Below, piece after piece: positions 37,101 to 50,400 of a stretch of 62,750 nt of DNA. This DNA is from Haliotis rubra (taxonomy: Eukaryota): positions 1-62,750 of the forward strand of contig NW_025766155.1 of assembly GCF_003918875.1 (NCBI RefSeq). The letters run 5' to 3'. Under the pieces are notes generated by a model that had not been told where the DNA came from, made no database searches, and saw only the letters and a list, made by a program, of their open reading frames with translations. Numbering within the stretch: the first letter of the stretch is position 1; every line of letters begins with the position of its first letter. The translations under genes and the position numbers were made by a program.

Positions 37101-39760
37101 GAGAATATTTCGCTCATATGACGACGTGCATGCGTGTGTATGTGTATGTGCGGTTGCTTGAAGTTCGAAATTCGAAATCCTTACAAATAATGAACCTTAA
37201 CTGTTAACTTATCATTCTTTGGTTCTTTATGTAGCTTTGATGCCTACGTACTGGTTCCCTGTTTATGGAGCCAGTAAGAGCGCTGTTTATCATTTCACGT
37301 CGAGTTGGGCAGTAAGTGAATTTCTTGCAAATCTACATGTTGTGCCTTGATCTCGAGATCTTAGGAATCTGGACATGTCTGGACTATTAGAAAGAACGAC
37401 CCGTTCTCTATACTGGTGCTGATTAAACCAAACGAGCGTGCAAACTCAATCCGATCTGGATGTATAAGGAAAATGCATAACAGAAAATATTCTATCTCGA
37501 TTATCTGCTCAGACATTCACGACATTTTAAGTGCCATAACAATAACCTATGTAGCTATGGCTGAAATATTGCCGATGTGTACTAAAATGCTTACTCACTC
37601 ACACTGTGTAATGCCATGGTTTCATTAGCAAAACCCTGAAATGAGGACTGCCGAAGTTCGACTAGTCAGTATCTGCCCCACGGGTGCTAAGACAGCTCTT
37701 TTGTACTTGGATGAAGACCAGATCATACAACGATGCAGACTTCATAGAACAGACCGTGTTTTGCACGTAAGCACTTTTATTTAAAAAAACTGAAGACAAC
37801 TTTTTGAAATAATGTTATGTTGCCTTCTGTAGTGAACTGATGCTGTAACTTTCTGTTATCAAATAATCACGACAAAACCTTTTCAGTACCCTGCAATCTT
37901 GAGGAACCATGGGTAGAGGAGTACAATATTAGTGTACATGACAAAAGTAATGTCGCCATTGGTTTGTTTCATTACACCTGATTTCCTGAAAATAATAATG
38001 GTATTCGAAACCGGTATTGGAAACTGTTTCCTTGTGTCCAAACACCATTACTTCACTGTTTGAAGACTCTCTTTGATACAGAGGATGATCTCCCTTTGGT
38101 TCAAAGATTGCACGATACTCTCCAACAGAAGGTGCTTTGATTGATGCCACAATTACGTGTCTGAATGCACAAGGCAAACTATTTTCAGGGTGTCTTTACG
38201 GACCTTGTGCCATCTAATGGTAATTATTTACATGGAACAGAAAGGAGCCTGAAATTGATGTTGGGGTCATAAGGAGCAATTGTTTGGTTAAAAATACCAT
38301 TGAAGAGTATAATACTTACCGCAGTAACCTTGCAATGTGCTGGTTTGACAAAAGAAAAGCGCATGATGCTGTACCTCACGAATGGACTTTGAAGTCACTA
38401 GAATGTATTGACCTCCCTGGGCAATGCACTTGGTTTACTCAATTCTTTAATGAATTGCTGGTCAAATCGACCGGATATGTATTCCCTTAGACAGGTGCTG
38501 ACCTCAAAACCTATTACCATTAGAAGGGGAATATTTCAGGGTGATTATTTTAGCCCTTTGCTTTTCTGACACAGTATCTTAAGAAACAAGATGGCGTTGC
38601 TCGGTCCTTTGTTCTCGCCATACTTGCGGCTTGACTCCGATGTCCACCCATTGTACGATCCAGAATATGTAAATGAAACCAATAATTATTTATAGCATTG
38701 AATTTCCCATCCCTTTTGACAGCAATGTGATTGATACTATTCAGGAAATACATGGCAAATATGCGGACCTCACCTTTGAAATGATGCAGAGCTTTACTAA
38801 TGGTTTCTCTACTACAGGTGTGATCGCACAATCTTTGAACAAGAATCGTACGACCCTCTTTCAAACTTCGGAAGTCATCTCTAACTTGTCATACTGTTTT
38901 TTTATACTGTTTTGTCGCTCCTGATTATATGTACAATCCAAGTGAAACAGACATGAGACTGATTTTTCGTATTTTATTTCTTCTGGTAAATCAGGAATTG
39001 GTATAAGACGATGACCAAAATCATCGACATAACTGGAACTTAAATTCCTTTGTCTCGATTTTGCCAGTAAGTGCAGAAATTCTGATTCTTGTGCTCGAAC
39101 GCAACAGTTCAGCAAGTAAAGGGTACTGGGTGTGCTTGCTTCTGCCTTAATGCCCGTCCTCACATTTTGTATTGATACTGTCTTTGATTTTCAGGCTGGG
39201 CCGCCTGTAAGCTTCAATGACGATTGCTTTCATTTATGGCAAATTGTTCTTGAAGAAAGTCATTTTACGTCATGCGTTTGGATTTATTCCATAATACTGA
39301 ATTTCAATCCTTAATTCACTTGTTTAATTGGATTTTGCCATACGAGTTAGTTTGAATTAAAACTTTCGCAATAATATCCACATGCATGAAGGATATTGGA
39401 CACACTTTTCCAAAATAGAACACGTTCCCTCCGTTGGAAATCTGGGATAGGCTTCACAAAGAGACCGTAGCGTTACGATTGTAGTTAGTCATTTTATGAG
39501 TTACAATGTATGAGTTGTATGTTGGCGCTCGTTTTTGTCGAGATCGAGCCCCTGAACTCCGCAACTGGCGCGTTAATGTAACTTTGTGCTTATATACATG
39601 TATAGTGTTTGTGTGATGTCTGTGTGTTTCAGGGTAGACCAGGTGGTTAGTGCATTCCTGATGGCAATGGAGGACGACACCATCAACGGCACAGCCCTCA
39701 CAGTCAGAGCCAAAGAAGGTGTGGAGAAGATGAAAGTTGAACATGGTCCCGGTGGAATGA
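34140..39760 (+). CDS. HPGD: HPGD-like classical SDR, copy C (three apparent frameshifts; gene or young pseudogene)
   Basis: Exons 34140-34232, 34862-34987, 35755-35861, 36597-36693, 37235-37311, 37629-37766, 39633-39760(TGA). Splice sites and catalytic motifs are intact. Extra bases: +2 in a T8 run (exon 2), +1 non-homopolymer (exon 6), +1 in an A run (exon 7). Confidence 0.8.
34533..34691 (+). mobile_element. SINE family A, internally deleted, in copy C intron 1
   Basis: Head is fused directly to tail; tcttttcaagat is duplicated on both sides. Confidence 0.88.
36200..36453 (+). mobile_element. 3' UTR/tail fragment of a Nimb-like LINE
   Basis: catggtccctag matches the reverse complement of 23715-23726. 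Ends gatatggctgaaatattgccgatgtgacttaaaatcttaactcactcac. Confidence 0.55.
37061..37160 (-). mobile_element. SINE family A, 3' fragment
   Basis: (tgagg)n gaaattgggtttaacgtcgtgcttgagaatatttcgctcatatgacgacgtgcatgc. Confidence 0.85.
37995..38575 (+). mobile_element. Fossil non-LTR RT fragment in intron 6 (copy C)
   Basis: NLAMCWFDKRKAHDAVPHEWTLKSLE and GIFQGD; homologous to the copy B fragment. Confidence 0.8.
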
Positions 39761-40155
39761 TACTACGATATGAAATAGTCCCCAAAATGTGTCCTTTCTT
39801 TAAAGTTAGCGAAATACAGAAGCTATCACATTTTGATATTAAATTTTTCCTGTAACCGCCTAGAATTGTTTAGATTTGCATCGATGAAGCAGTTAAGCAG
39901 TTCAAACGAACGGAATATATAAGAAGATGGGTCCAAATCATCACTCAACTAGGCAAAACTAAGGGAGATATAAGTGACATTTGTGACGTGTCCTCGTTAA
40001 GAAGTACATGACATTTACATATTACATGTTCAGTTTGGTTTTGACATGCCTGTAGATCTAAAAAAGCTTCGTCCATGTGAAAGGGTATTGAACATCGACA
40101 CGCGATCAAAAGGAAGAACGTCCTACCTTTAATCTTATCAACGTTCATGTCTTGC

Positions 40156-40510
40156 GACCGCCTCCGTGGTGTAGTAGTTAGAGCGTTCGCCCGGAGAGTG
40201 GAAGGTCGCGGGTTCGATCCCCGACCGCGTCATACCAAAAGACGTTAAAAATATGGTACTTGTTGGTCCCTGTCTGGCGCTCGGCATTAACGGGTACAAC
40301 AAGGACTGGTCGACTCGGAGTCAGTATAATGTGTCTGAGAGGGGTATTCATGCTTCACTGCGGCATGGTATCTTAGTGAGCTAGCACTATAAAACCAGCT
40401 TCAGTCTGGGCTAGTACAAGCAGCCGCACATACACATACACACGCATTCACGTCGTCATATGAGCGAAATATTCTCAAGTACGACTTTAAACCCAATTTC
40501 ACCTCACCTC
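40156..40510 (+). mobile_element. SINE family A, full length
   Basis: Box A tggtgtagtagttaga, box B ggttcgatccc; TSD tcatgtcttgc. Confidence 0.92.
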
Positions 40511-40726
40511 ATGTCTTGCACACTTAAACCTGCAGGAGTGAACTGAGTGAAATACCCAAAATGTACATGTACTCGTTGTATTAGTACTAAAGGAAATACT
40601 AAGAAATAGCAGAAAACTTAGGCTAATCTCTTAGCTTCCCTTCTTTAATCTTAACAAGGCTCATGTCATGTGCTTGCATCAGGTGAACGTGAAATCTAGT
40701 AGTACATTTCTTGTGGTAAGGAGCGA

Positions 40727-40858
40727 GGGGCAGCCGTGTGGTAAAGGCGTTTGCTCGTCAGGCTGAAGAGCTTTCACGGGTATAATGTATGAAGCCCATT
40801 TCTGGTGTCTCATGCTGTATTATTGCTGAAAGCGGCTTACACCCAAACTAACTCACTC
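40727..40858 (+). mobile_element. SINE family C (diverged)
   Basis: gcgtttgctcgtca..gaagcccatttctggtgtc..ttgctgaaagcggc..aactcactc. Confidence 0.7.
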
Positions 40859-41407
40859 TTGTTACAGGAGTGAACATGGTGAATTACCCAAAATTGTGTG
40901 CATGTACACGTTGTATTGGTACTGAAACACATCCTATAGGAGAAAAAAAAAACCCCAGAAACCGTAGGCTTGTAGCAAACTGGAAAATTAGAGAGATCTT
41001 AATGTTAAGTCAAACACAATATTATGACTACCATGACTTGCCACACACCGGTCGTGCACGGGTGTCTTCACAAGACCACCATAATCGGTAAGTGTACCTA
41101 CAGGATCGATAACAATTGTCACATTAACAGCACGGACAGTGTCTGATTTTAGATGAATTAGTGGCAGAACTGTATGTAACCGGTTGAGGGAGCACAATAT
41201 CCGGCCGCGACGTCCGGCTGTACGTAGTAAGCAAGCTAGTACTGACAGCATCGGGTCTTCAGAATACAAGCCAGGGATAGTGTACTGTTCACGGTTCAGT
41301 TTCATCTGGATAGATCTGATAGTTGTAACGAGGGGCCTACTGGCGTGCAGGAGAACGTTTGAACGCCGCTTGTGTCACTCAGCGGGTTGGAACAGTAACT
41401 AGATACA

Positions 41408-41454
41408 CGTGGAGATCCGGGTTAGAATTGATCTTCAGAAACCCATGCTTGTCG
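41408..41454 (+). mobile_element. SINE family B 5' end, truncated at the fold-back junction
   Basis: gagatccgggttagaattgatcttcagaaacccatgcttgtcg is followed by an abrupt loss of homology. Confidence 0.7.
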
Positions 41455-44400
41455 CCAGCATGGTACAATAAACTCGCCCGTGCTGCCGTAACTCTTCCTT
41501 TGTTTTCAACGCTGCCCACAATATTTTACCATTTCACGTTCTGATAGCCTATGACGTACTGATGGAGTAAAGAGAGGCTAAAGACAACTAAAGATTTTCT
41601 GCTATTCTTGGTATTCATACAACATTATGTACATTTTGGTATTTCACTCAGTTCACTTTCCTGCGAATTTTAATATTGCAGGCTGTGGTGGTGAAACAGG
41701 TTTAAGAATAAAACGCTGATATTTCGCTTCATATGACGACGTGGTAAATATATAATGTATGATACTGACTGCTATGCTGGCGCAACAACTGTTTTACCGA
41801 AGATGCTAACGCAAACATACCGAAAATTAATATGAATACCCTACTCAGGCTGACTCCAGCCAGTCATGATGACGCCCGTTAATAAAGGTGTATTACCATT
41901 TTAACGTCTTTATTTCGAACGCGGTCGAAGTCGACACCGACGCTTTCGAACGGCTTATGCCGTTATGAACGACGGTTTCATCAAGGTAGAGACGGATAAC
42001 TCACCGTAATTCTGGACGAACGATCTGCGAACATGTCAAACAAACTGGTAACCTCAACCAAATGTCACATCGCTAACGAGACGCGTCTGTGTGCTTATCG
42101 CCCTTGGTGCCTGGATGACCATCTTCATATTCCGTTCGTTTGAACTGCTGCTAACGCATCGACAATCTAAGCTGGTAGGCGTTACGGAAAAATTTATCCA
42201 TCGAATAACTGTATTTCGCTAACTGAAAGAAACCGACTGGGGACATATTTCGTAAACAGTATCGTCCGCCGTTCATCGACCAATAAATCTTCTCCGCTGC
42301 GGCTTTTCGAACTGACCGCCGTTGATCATTGATATCCATTGCCATCGGAAATGCGCCATTACTGAAACACGGTATCACAAACATATACGTATTACGTATA
42401 AACGCAAAGTTTGATAACGCGCCGATTGCGGTCGCAGCTGTTTCATACATTAACGGCTCGTAAAATGTTAACACAATCGTATTTCTTCATGATGGCACGG
42501 AACGTGATTTATTTTGGAGAAAGTGATAAACGCTTTAGTGCGGTTTGGTCAGGCTTAACTCGTATGACGAAATCCAATTGAAGTGAAATTGATTAAGACG
42601 AAGTCGTGATATGGAACTGAAGCAAACGCCGCTGACGTAAATGACAATAGCGAAAGAACAATTTGCCGTAAATGAAAGCAATCGTCGTGAAGTACAGCGG
42701 TAACCGAAAATCGGGCGTATCCGGCTTCACGAAACCGGAAAAATTTCCAGCAATACTGCCCCGCTTCTTTGAACTAAATTTCTTTACTGACAGGTATCGG
42801 CGGACAGAAATACGTTCGTCGATGATTTGATGTCGTCTTATACCAATTCCTGTTTACCGAAGAAACTGCGAAATCGGTCTCGTCTGTTTCTCGCTGATTA
42901 TTTTAATCGAAACGTAAACGTATAAAACGGTATGTTTAATTGAATGACTTCCGGATTTGAAAAGTCGTACATTCTATTCAGGCGTCGCACCTGTGAAAGA
43001 AACCATTGGTAAAAGCTGCGGCCTCATTCCAGGTGAAGGTCACATGGCTGGCATTTCTGGTGTATCATCATTGCTGGCTCGAAAGGAGATGAAATTCAGT
43101 ATGGTTTCGACGCTTATTCTGAATAAATGCAATTGATTTTCGGCCGCGGCGGGCTGGAGACCGGTACCATGTATTTCGCTAGATGCTGTGTTCGAAAAGG
43201 GGCTAAGCCTGTCGCCGCAATGTTGCGCTCCCAATGACGTAGGTTTTGAGGTCGCTGCAAAAAGTACGCTGGCCATTTGACACCAGCATTGACAAAGAGT
43301 GATGGCTGGTGCCGGGAAAGTCAGCTACGACTACAGTGACTTCGAAATGTCGACTAAACCGAACACGGCATCGTAAACTTTCTTTGTCGAAACCGGCATT
43401 ACCGAATTTACTGCGTGTGTCCATATAACTTCCAGTGGTATTTTGGCAAACAGTAGCGCCGACTTGTCAATTTTCGGCTCTGTTCCCGTAACCAAGTAAT
43501 ACCGTGAAGGGATGACTTTGGAGTCGTGAACACCTGGCAGTTTTGCGCTTGACCGCATTCAGTACCGCTGATGGCGACATCAGCACCTTCTGACGGAATG
43601 TCGTGCAATCTTTGAACCGAGATCATCGTATCGAAGTCTTCAAACATTGGTAATGGTGAACAACTTTCGGCATCTGTATTATTTTCGGAAATCGGGCAAT
43701 GATGAGCAATGACGTTACTTTTGTCGTAATGCACTAATGATGACAACATCGCCATGGTTCAGACAAATTAAAGAAAGGTTTTTGTCAAATGTTTTGTCCC
43801 GATGAAAGTTACGGCATCGGTTCGCCGAAGGCAACACTGTATTTCGAAAGTTGACTCTTCGGTTGCAAATAAAGAAATTGGCGTGCGAAACACGGTCCTG
43901 AACTACAGCAATTGCGTTGTATGATGCGGTCTTCGTACTGAAGGCAACGCCCGTGGTGACTACTGACTGGTCGAACTTCGACGATCATTTCACTTTAATG
44001 TTTCATGGCATTGATGATGATAGCATTTTGGCGCATCGGCGTATTTCGGCCGTAACTGTATGTTTTAATGAGTAATGTCTGTCGAATATCGAGACAAGTA
44101 TTTACTGCGGTATGCACCCATACATCCGGGTATCGTTGTTTGCACGCTCTTTGGTTTAATCGGCGCCAGCTGAAACGGGTCATGGCACTACCGGTGTCGA
44201 TCTAATCGGACTGAGCTTTGTTTATGTAGTTTTGCTTAACTCGACGTCGAAATGACAAACGGCGGCAACACTGACTTCCGTAACGGGGAACCGTACGTAA
44301 GGCATCCAGCTTTACATGAACGAAAAGAATATGATAAAGGATAACGGTTAAGTTCATTATTTGAGATTTCGAATTTCGAGCTTCAACGGCTTACGCCACA

Positions 44401-47400
44401 CGCTGCACGCACGTACTTTGCCGTTATTCTCCGGCGTAAAGCCAATTTCCTTTTCACCCTGCTGTCGCCGTAATGCCCGCTTTATTTGTTCGAGGCAACT
44501 TCTCCGGCGAAATACCGTGGAACATGAAAAATTCCGGTCTTATTCCGGCCGATTGACGTACGAATATGTGACATGCCGATCATTAATGACCGATACCGGT
44601 CACGGTAAAGGGAACCAGCGAAAACAATAATACCGGCACTCGCCTCGCCGGTATCCTACTGAGCATTGCGTACCCACTAAATGCGGCATCGACACCTTAC
44701 ATCCCGACAGTAAATATGGTTTGCGATTAATGAACACTCGCCGCACTGCCGTTGACAACATGTGATTGTTCGACGCCGCCTCGCGCTTTATAAATGACGA
44801 TTAATACTGCAACGACCGAAGGCAACCAGTATGAAACGCCGAAGTGGGCAAACTTTAAACGGATGACGGCATTCGTGTTCTGGCGTTTACCGCTTCGGCT
44901 ACCGATCTCCAAACTTCCCAAAAATGCCAGCAAAGTGAGATGACCAGATTGAGAATGCGTCGACAATATTTCATTACGCAATAAACGGGCAAACAGTTAT
45001 GTTACACGATAAATGGTGAAATTATGCAAACTACCCGATAAACAAGGACGGTAAACGGCAATTATCAAGATTTCGGTAAAACTTATTAATAAACGCTAAA
45101 ACACAACTGAACAATACCCAATATGCTTCGGGCTACCTTCAATCGCCAGCGAAGCAGTTAGATCGCTATGCTTGGGAATGACAGAGGGGAAGTGGGATGC
45201 AATGAACAATCTTTGCGTGATATCGACCCGCATGTTCGATCGGCCACTGGGGAAGAAGATCATTATGATATTGCGAAATCATCAGGCATGGCAATTCTTC
45301 TTCGATTAGTATGGTTGGTTTGTTTAAATATTCTGGGGCTGGCAATCACGATGAAGCCTGCCATGATCGCTGGCAAGGTTTTATTCGATGCTGTGAAAGG
45401 AAATCTCGTGATCATAACATTCTCTGTTAAACGCTCGGATGACATGTTGCTTAATGTTCGGAATATTCGCTGAACAATTTTCAGGCTTTCTTACCTTTCC
45501 GATTCTTTTCCCCATATCGTTCGTCGCCTGCGATTAATTTTCGACCATCCTTGACCAGGCGCAATGTGGACTGAAATCAATGCATATAACACATGTTACT
45601 GAGGAAGATAACCTGTCTGAAACGGAAGGTGAACAAATCGAATGAACGTTGTGTTACGCTGTTGAAGAAATGGTACGGCGCAAAGTCTGCGAAACGTACG
45701 ACGACCGGCGCGACGTTCGTAATTAACACTGGCTGCCATGCTGATGCGCTGTTGAGCGCTTCGTTAATAAGGCGGTATTTTAACGGGCATGAAACCGAAA
45801 CCTTTAATCGGTGTAGAGGCTACTGGCGTTCCCGAGCAGGCGCGTTATGTAGATGACGGTGAAGTTGCTGAACAACTTCGCTCGGGTTTCTGACTACCGT
45901 GAAGATATTAACCGCGTTATTCCGACTTAAGCCATGTATATTGTGAATGTTGCTGAAATGAAGGCGTGGATATCTGGTTTTGAAGCAGGGCCGGAATAAA
46001 GATTCGTTGTCTTTGCAGGCTGTTTTATCGCAAAGCAAACTGGCGATGATTCACATAACTTCGGGATTCGACGCGTTTGGGTAATCGGCCATTCCCTGGA
46101 TATATTTTGACCCTTGAACAGCGCGAGCTTCGAATCGAACGCTGACTGATACTCTGTAATCATCGCTTGCCAGCGATCGCTATTTATTAATCTTCGCCGC
46201 TCGAAACTCGGCGGCATTCGTCGTCTGCGCAAAAGACGTTATCGGCATTTATTGCCTCCCATGATCTTCTTGGGCATCTGCGAACAAACTACAGTCTCGA
46301 CAGAGATATGTTAACGGCACGGGCCCGCTATGGACATGAACGCTGTCAATTTGACTGATATACTCGCAACTCGGTTCAGGCTGATAAACAATTGCGTCGT
46401 TCGTTTAAACGAAACTATATTTCTTGAGATTGATGAAATTGGTTTGGCGTCAGGTAACTGATATTTCGCGGCTGAATGCCATATTTTAACGTCTTTCGAC
46501 GCGGTCAGGATCGACCGCATTCCACTTCTCCGGGCTAATTTCGCTACGCCACGGAAGACGATAAATCTTGAAAAGAAATAACGGGAGTTCGAATCTTAAC
46601 GAAATACCGGGCCACTGACGCGGCGTTCTTCTGGCACTGCGAATTAGCCGTAACCTTTGAGATTACCCAGTGTAGCTGTTGTGCCTTATCGCTTCGCTCT
46701 ATAAATGGCGTAATATATTGTTTTCTTGATTCTTTGACTATTAACGGAATATGCGGGGCTCATAATAAATAATGGCTTGATTCTGACTCACTGCGAGCTT
46801 TCTTGTTGCGATTCAAGCGAAACTGCGTCAATACGCACTATTCAATATTCACCCTACGATCCTGATAACGCCAGTGTTTGCTACTGTCTTCATTGCATCG
46901 ACTTCGTATTATTGTCATACGCTTTTATTCTTATTAAATAGACTGAGTCGGACGTAGTTTTAGGCGCGAATAAACATTATGATTTTCAACTTCAATGTGG
47001 TTATCGCCAGTGTCATGTTTATAAACTTGTTTATGACTTTATATATAAAGGGTATCGTATCATAATAACGCTGCATCAGTTACGATATGAACTATGCGCA
47101 AAATTGGTGATTTGGTTACGCCGCTTTAACTGTCGGTACGACTGGCTGGCGGGGAACCGGGAAATGGGCTTTTACCGTTAACCATGTTAGTCGACTTTCC
47201 GACGCCTGGCTTACTACTTCAGACGATAAATAGAGCAATTCGTAGTAATAACGGCTTTTGTTGTGATTATTACTCGACGGATTTTTAATTAACCGGTCGG
47301 TGTCGTTATGGCGTTGAACGATTTTGCGTCAATGCGATCGGAATTGAATTCTTTATGGTGCGCGATAGACGAAAACAAAGAAGATGGTAATCGTTGTTGA

Positions 47401-50400
47401 CCTTTCGAGATCATTGATACTATTATTGACCTATCGAAGAACATTCGGCATTAATTAATTCGGTCGGTTGCTAAGATTCGCTTCAAAAGAACGATTTCGA
47501 ATTATGGGTACTGAACGATGTTCCGTATTGAAGGATGTTTATCCTGGAGATTTGTCGGTAAAATTAACGACAATAATGATCGATAATGATAATGAACTGA
47601 ACTGTTATATCGGCTGAAAGGGACGCAACTGATTGCGGCAATAATGTTTTAAACAACATGTGCGGACGCCATAAAACCCATCATCGATGAATAACTCATC
47701 TTCGCATCGAGTGATTAACAATACGCGCTTTAAAACCATCGAAGACTTTGATACGACGCCACTGAAGGCAACGATCGTTACGGGTTTGCTGCTAAACGCG
47801 CAGACTGTAGATTTTGACGATACGGTGTGGTATGTATGCAAAGGCTGCATCTGGGCCACTCGGCATTTATTTCTTGACCATTAGCACCCGTTGACGACAA
47901 TGTTTAATGATATATATGGCTATATTGATCCTCTACTGATTTTATCTTTGAACTATTGACGGAAATTTCGCACCCGTCATTACAAAATAGGCGAAAACGA
48001 TAACCATACCGAAAGTCCCACCGCTGATGACGGTCGCTCAAACGGCTTATTGGTCAGTTTTGGATACCGTCTGGAGTTTACAGACTTTATTGATATATGA
48101 TATTACTGGTCTCGAAAGGTTGAAATGTTTAAACGCATGCGATAAATAAAACGACAGTGTGTCTTTGGTGTGATGCTCGGCTAAATCACGGTGTATTGAT
48201 ATCGGTGCGCGAATCGAGCGGTATTTCGGTGACAGTATTGCAACCAACTTGCTGACCAAACGTACATATGTTTTGCTGAATTGTGCCGATATATCAGGTT
48301 AGGTATTCAGCTTTGCCTGTTTGTCGTGAGCGCGACTGGCACGAATCGTGAAACCGGGCTTTCAGCTGACTTCGGACCCGGCGCATGCGTACCGCCATAT
48401 CCCCGGCTTGCGCAGATCGATATGGCGCTGTGATGCTGGTCTGCTAACTGAACTGGCGTTAAACTGGCTGTTGGCGACTATCGTAATTTTGTGAACAGGC
48501 TAACAATTTGTGTTACGGCAAAAATATTATTTTCGCTCGCTGGCATTGCCGGTGCCAGTTACGTAACTGGCTGTATGTTCTGTCGAGATCTCGGCGCTGG
48601 CTGAGTTATCACCCGGTAACGGCACAGCATCGAAGCTGACCTGTCAGCTTTCGGGATCTCGTGCTGGACCCGGTATCTTATTGGCTGTATCCTTCCGGGG
48701 CTCTCATTGGCGTCGCGCTGCTGGTTCGGTTATCGCTGACAGCACCAGCCATCGATAAGCATGAAACGGTATTAGCGTTAAATCAAACCGGTATGTTATT
48801 CGACTATTTACCATATTAATATATTAAGTGCAAGATCGCGCGGCGGTTTGGCTGTCGGCAATCGTAAAGGTATGGTTTTGATGACGTGGCCTGACCGGTG
48901 ACGTGTCCCGTCACTGCGCCGACCTGGTGACCTTTTCGTAAATCGAACCATTTTTGTGCGTCTGATAACGTCACAATACGCTCGATCGGTGATAATCGCA
49001 CTCATTGACTTTATCTGCCGTTGCATCCGATTTCTTCTACGCGCTTCACGCAACTAGCATCTTGATACGTTTGCGACGGTTAAAATGATGATAATTTCGG
49101 CTTTCACAGACACTACGGCGATCTGACGCTGCGTTCGTAATGTTTACATTCCCCTGTGCGGTAATGGTATCAGACTGACTTACTCAACTTTCTGCGGGTA
49201 ATGATCTAAACTGCGCTGTTGTGAAATGCGGCATATTCCCGCCCCCGCTGATTTTGCGTTAATGACAGATGGCGGTAAAATAATTCGGGAAATATTGTCG
49301 AACGGCGAAGCGAAGCTGTTACGTCGTTGTTTTTCTGTTAACATTCTCGTCTTAACGTAGAGGGAACTGAACTGCATCAATAGAACGGCGCGCCAGCCTG
49401 ATGAGACTAGCGAATTTGGTCGCCGACGCAAAGTCGTTGTTTTCTGCTGTAAATGTCGTATTATCTTTAGAGAATGCCAGAGCGGCGTCTTGAAAGAGAA
49501 TACGCTGGCCCTGCCTGCGTGTGTAGTTGTGGTAAAGGCGCGGCAGACTGTTGTAACGTTGACGCTCCGGACGCGGCGTCTCATCGCTGCTATAAATAAC
49601 TCGGGGCAAAGGCAATCGTTAATACGCCATACATGGTGATGAAGCAGTGTATTCTTAAACATGGCGTATCAATGATTTATGGCGCTTACTGAAGCGATGA
49701 CTGTGATCCAGAGATAATGAGAGTGTAAGCTATGCAAATGTTCGGCTCGATTCGGTGATGTTGAATCAGAGGCGAACTGCAACTAACACGTGTTTACAGG
49801 CGCTTTATACCGGCGTAATCTATGAATCTGTACTTCTTACATTGCGCTTCGCCGTGTTTAGACCTCTGACCTCATTGTACCGAAGGCGAGCGAATGTTAC
49901 GTCTGAATGGCTTGAAACGCAACTCATGAATATAAGTGGGGAATTCGGTCTTAGCAGTGGATATTGTTCGGTTTGTTCCACTGCGTGTTCGGGTTCAGAT
50001 TATACGGTGAATTTCGGTTTGGAAGATGACCAGAAATGACCAGTCTCTGCCAAAATTTCCCGGAATCTGGTGTCGATTTAATTCGGTATTGACCTGCCAG
50101 TTCACCGCTGCGAACAAAGAATAATGATCGACATCACTATATTCTTTCTGCTATATCAAACTCGCTTGTTCTGCGTTAAAAGAGCGTTATTTGTTTTCCA
50201 ATATGTTCCGCGGTACTTTGTATTATCGCAAATCCATTTCTATATATTGTTGTCACTACTGGCACCGGGACGATAGCCTGAAGATTTTATGATTGTCTTT
50301 CGGTTTCGCGCGTCATTTGTTGGACTGAAACTGACGGCACCGTCGCTGTTATTCGCACTTCCATCAATATCGCTTCGTCGAGTAAATGGCAAATTCGAAG

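Larger units (their letters stand above)
3700..41450 (+). repeat. Tandem segmental duplication, three ~11-13 kb units each carrying one HPGD-like gene
   Basis: Homologous introns and flanks: 6100-6200 vs 17480-17580; 7410-7600 vs 17615-17790; 3725-3860 vs 29272-29410; 18450-18570 vs 29105-29230 vs 41265-41390; 10200-10450 vs 20368-20650 vs 33015-33250. Unit boundaries are approximate. Confidence 0.85.

Noticed and set aside
38550-39314. Adjacent ~100-aa ORFs in copy C intron 6 as a nested antisense gene
   Set aside because: No recognisable motif, non-ATG starts, and only a deleted, decayed counterpart at ~15400-15560. It is most likely an old repeat fragment, though a BLASTX would be needed to exclude a gene.
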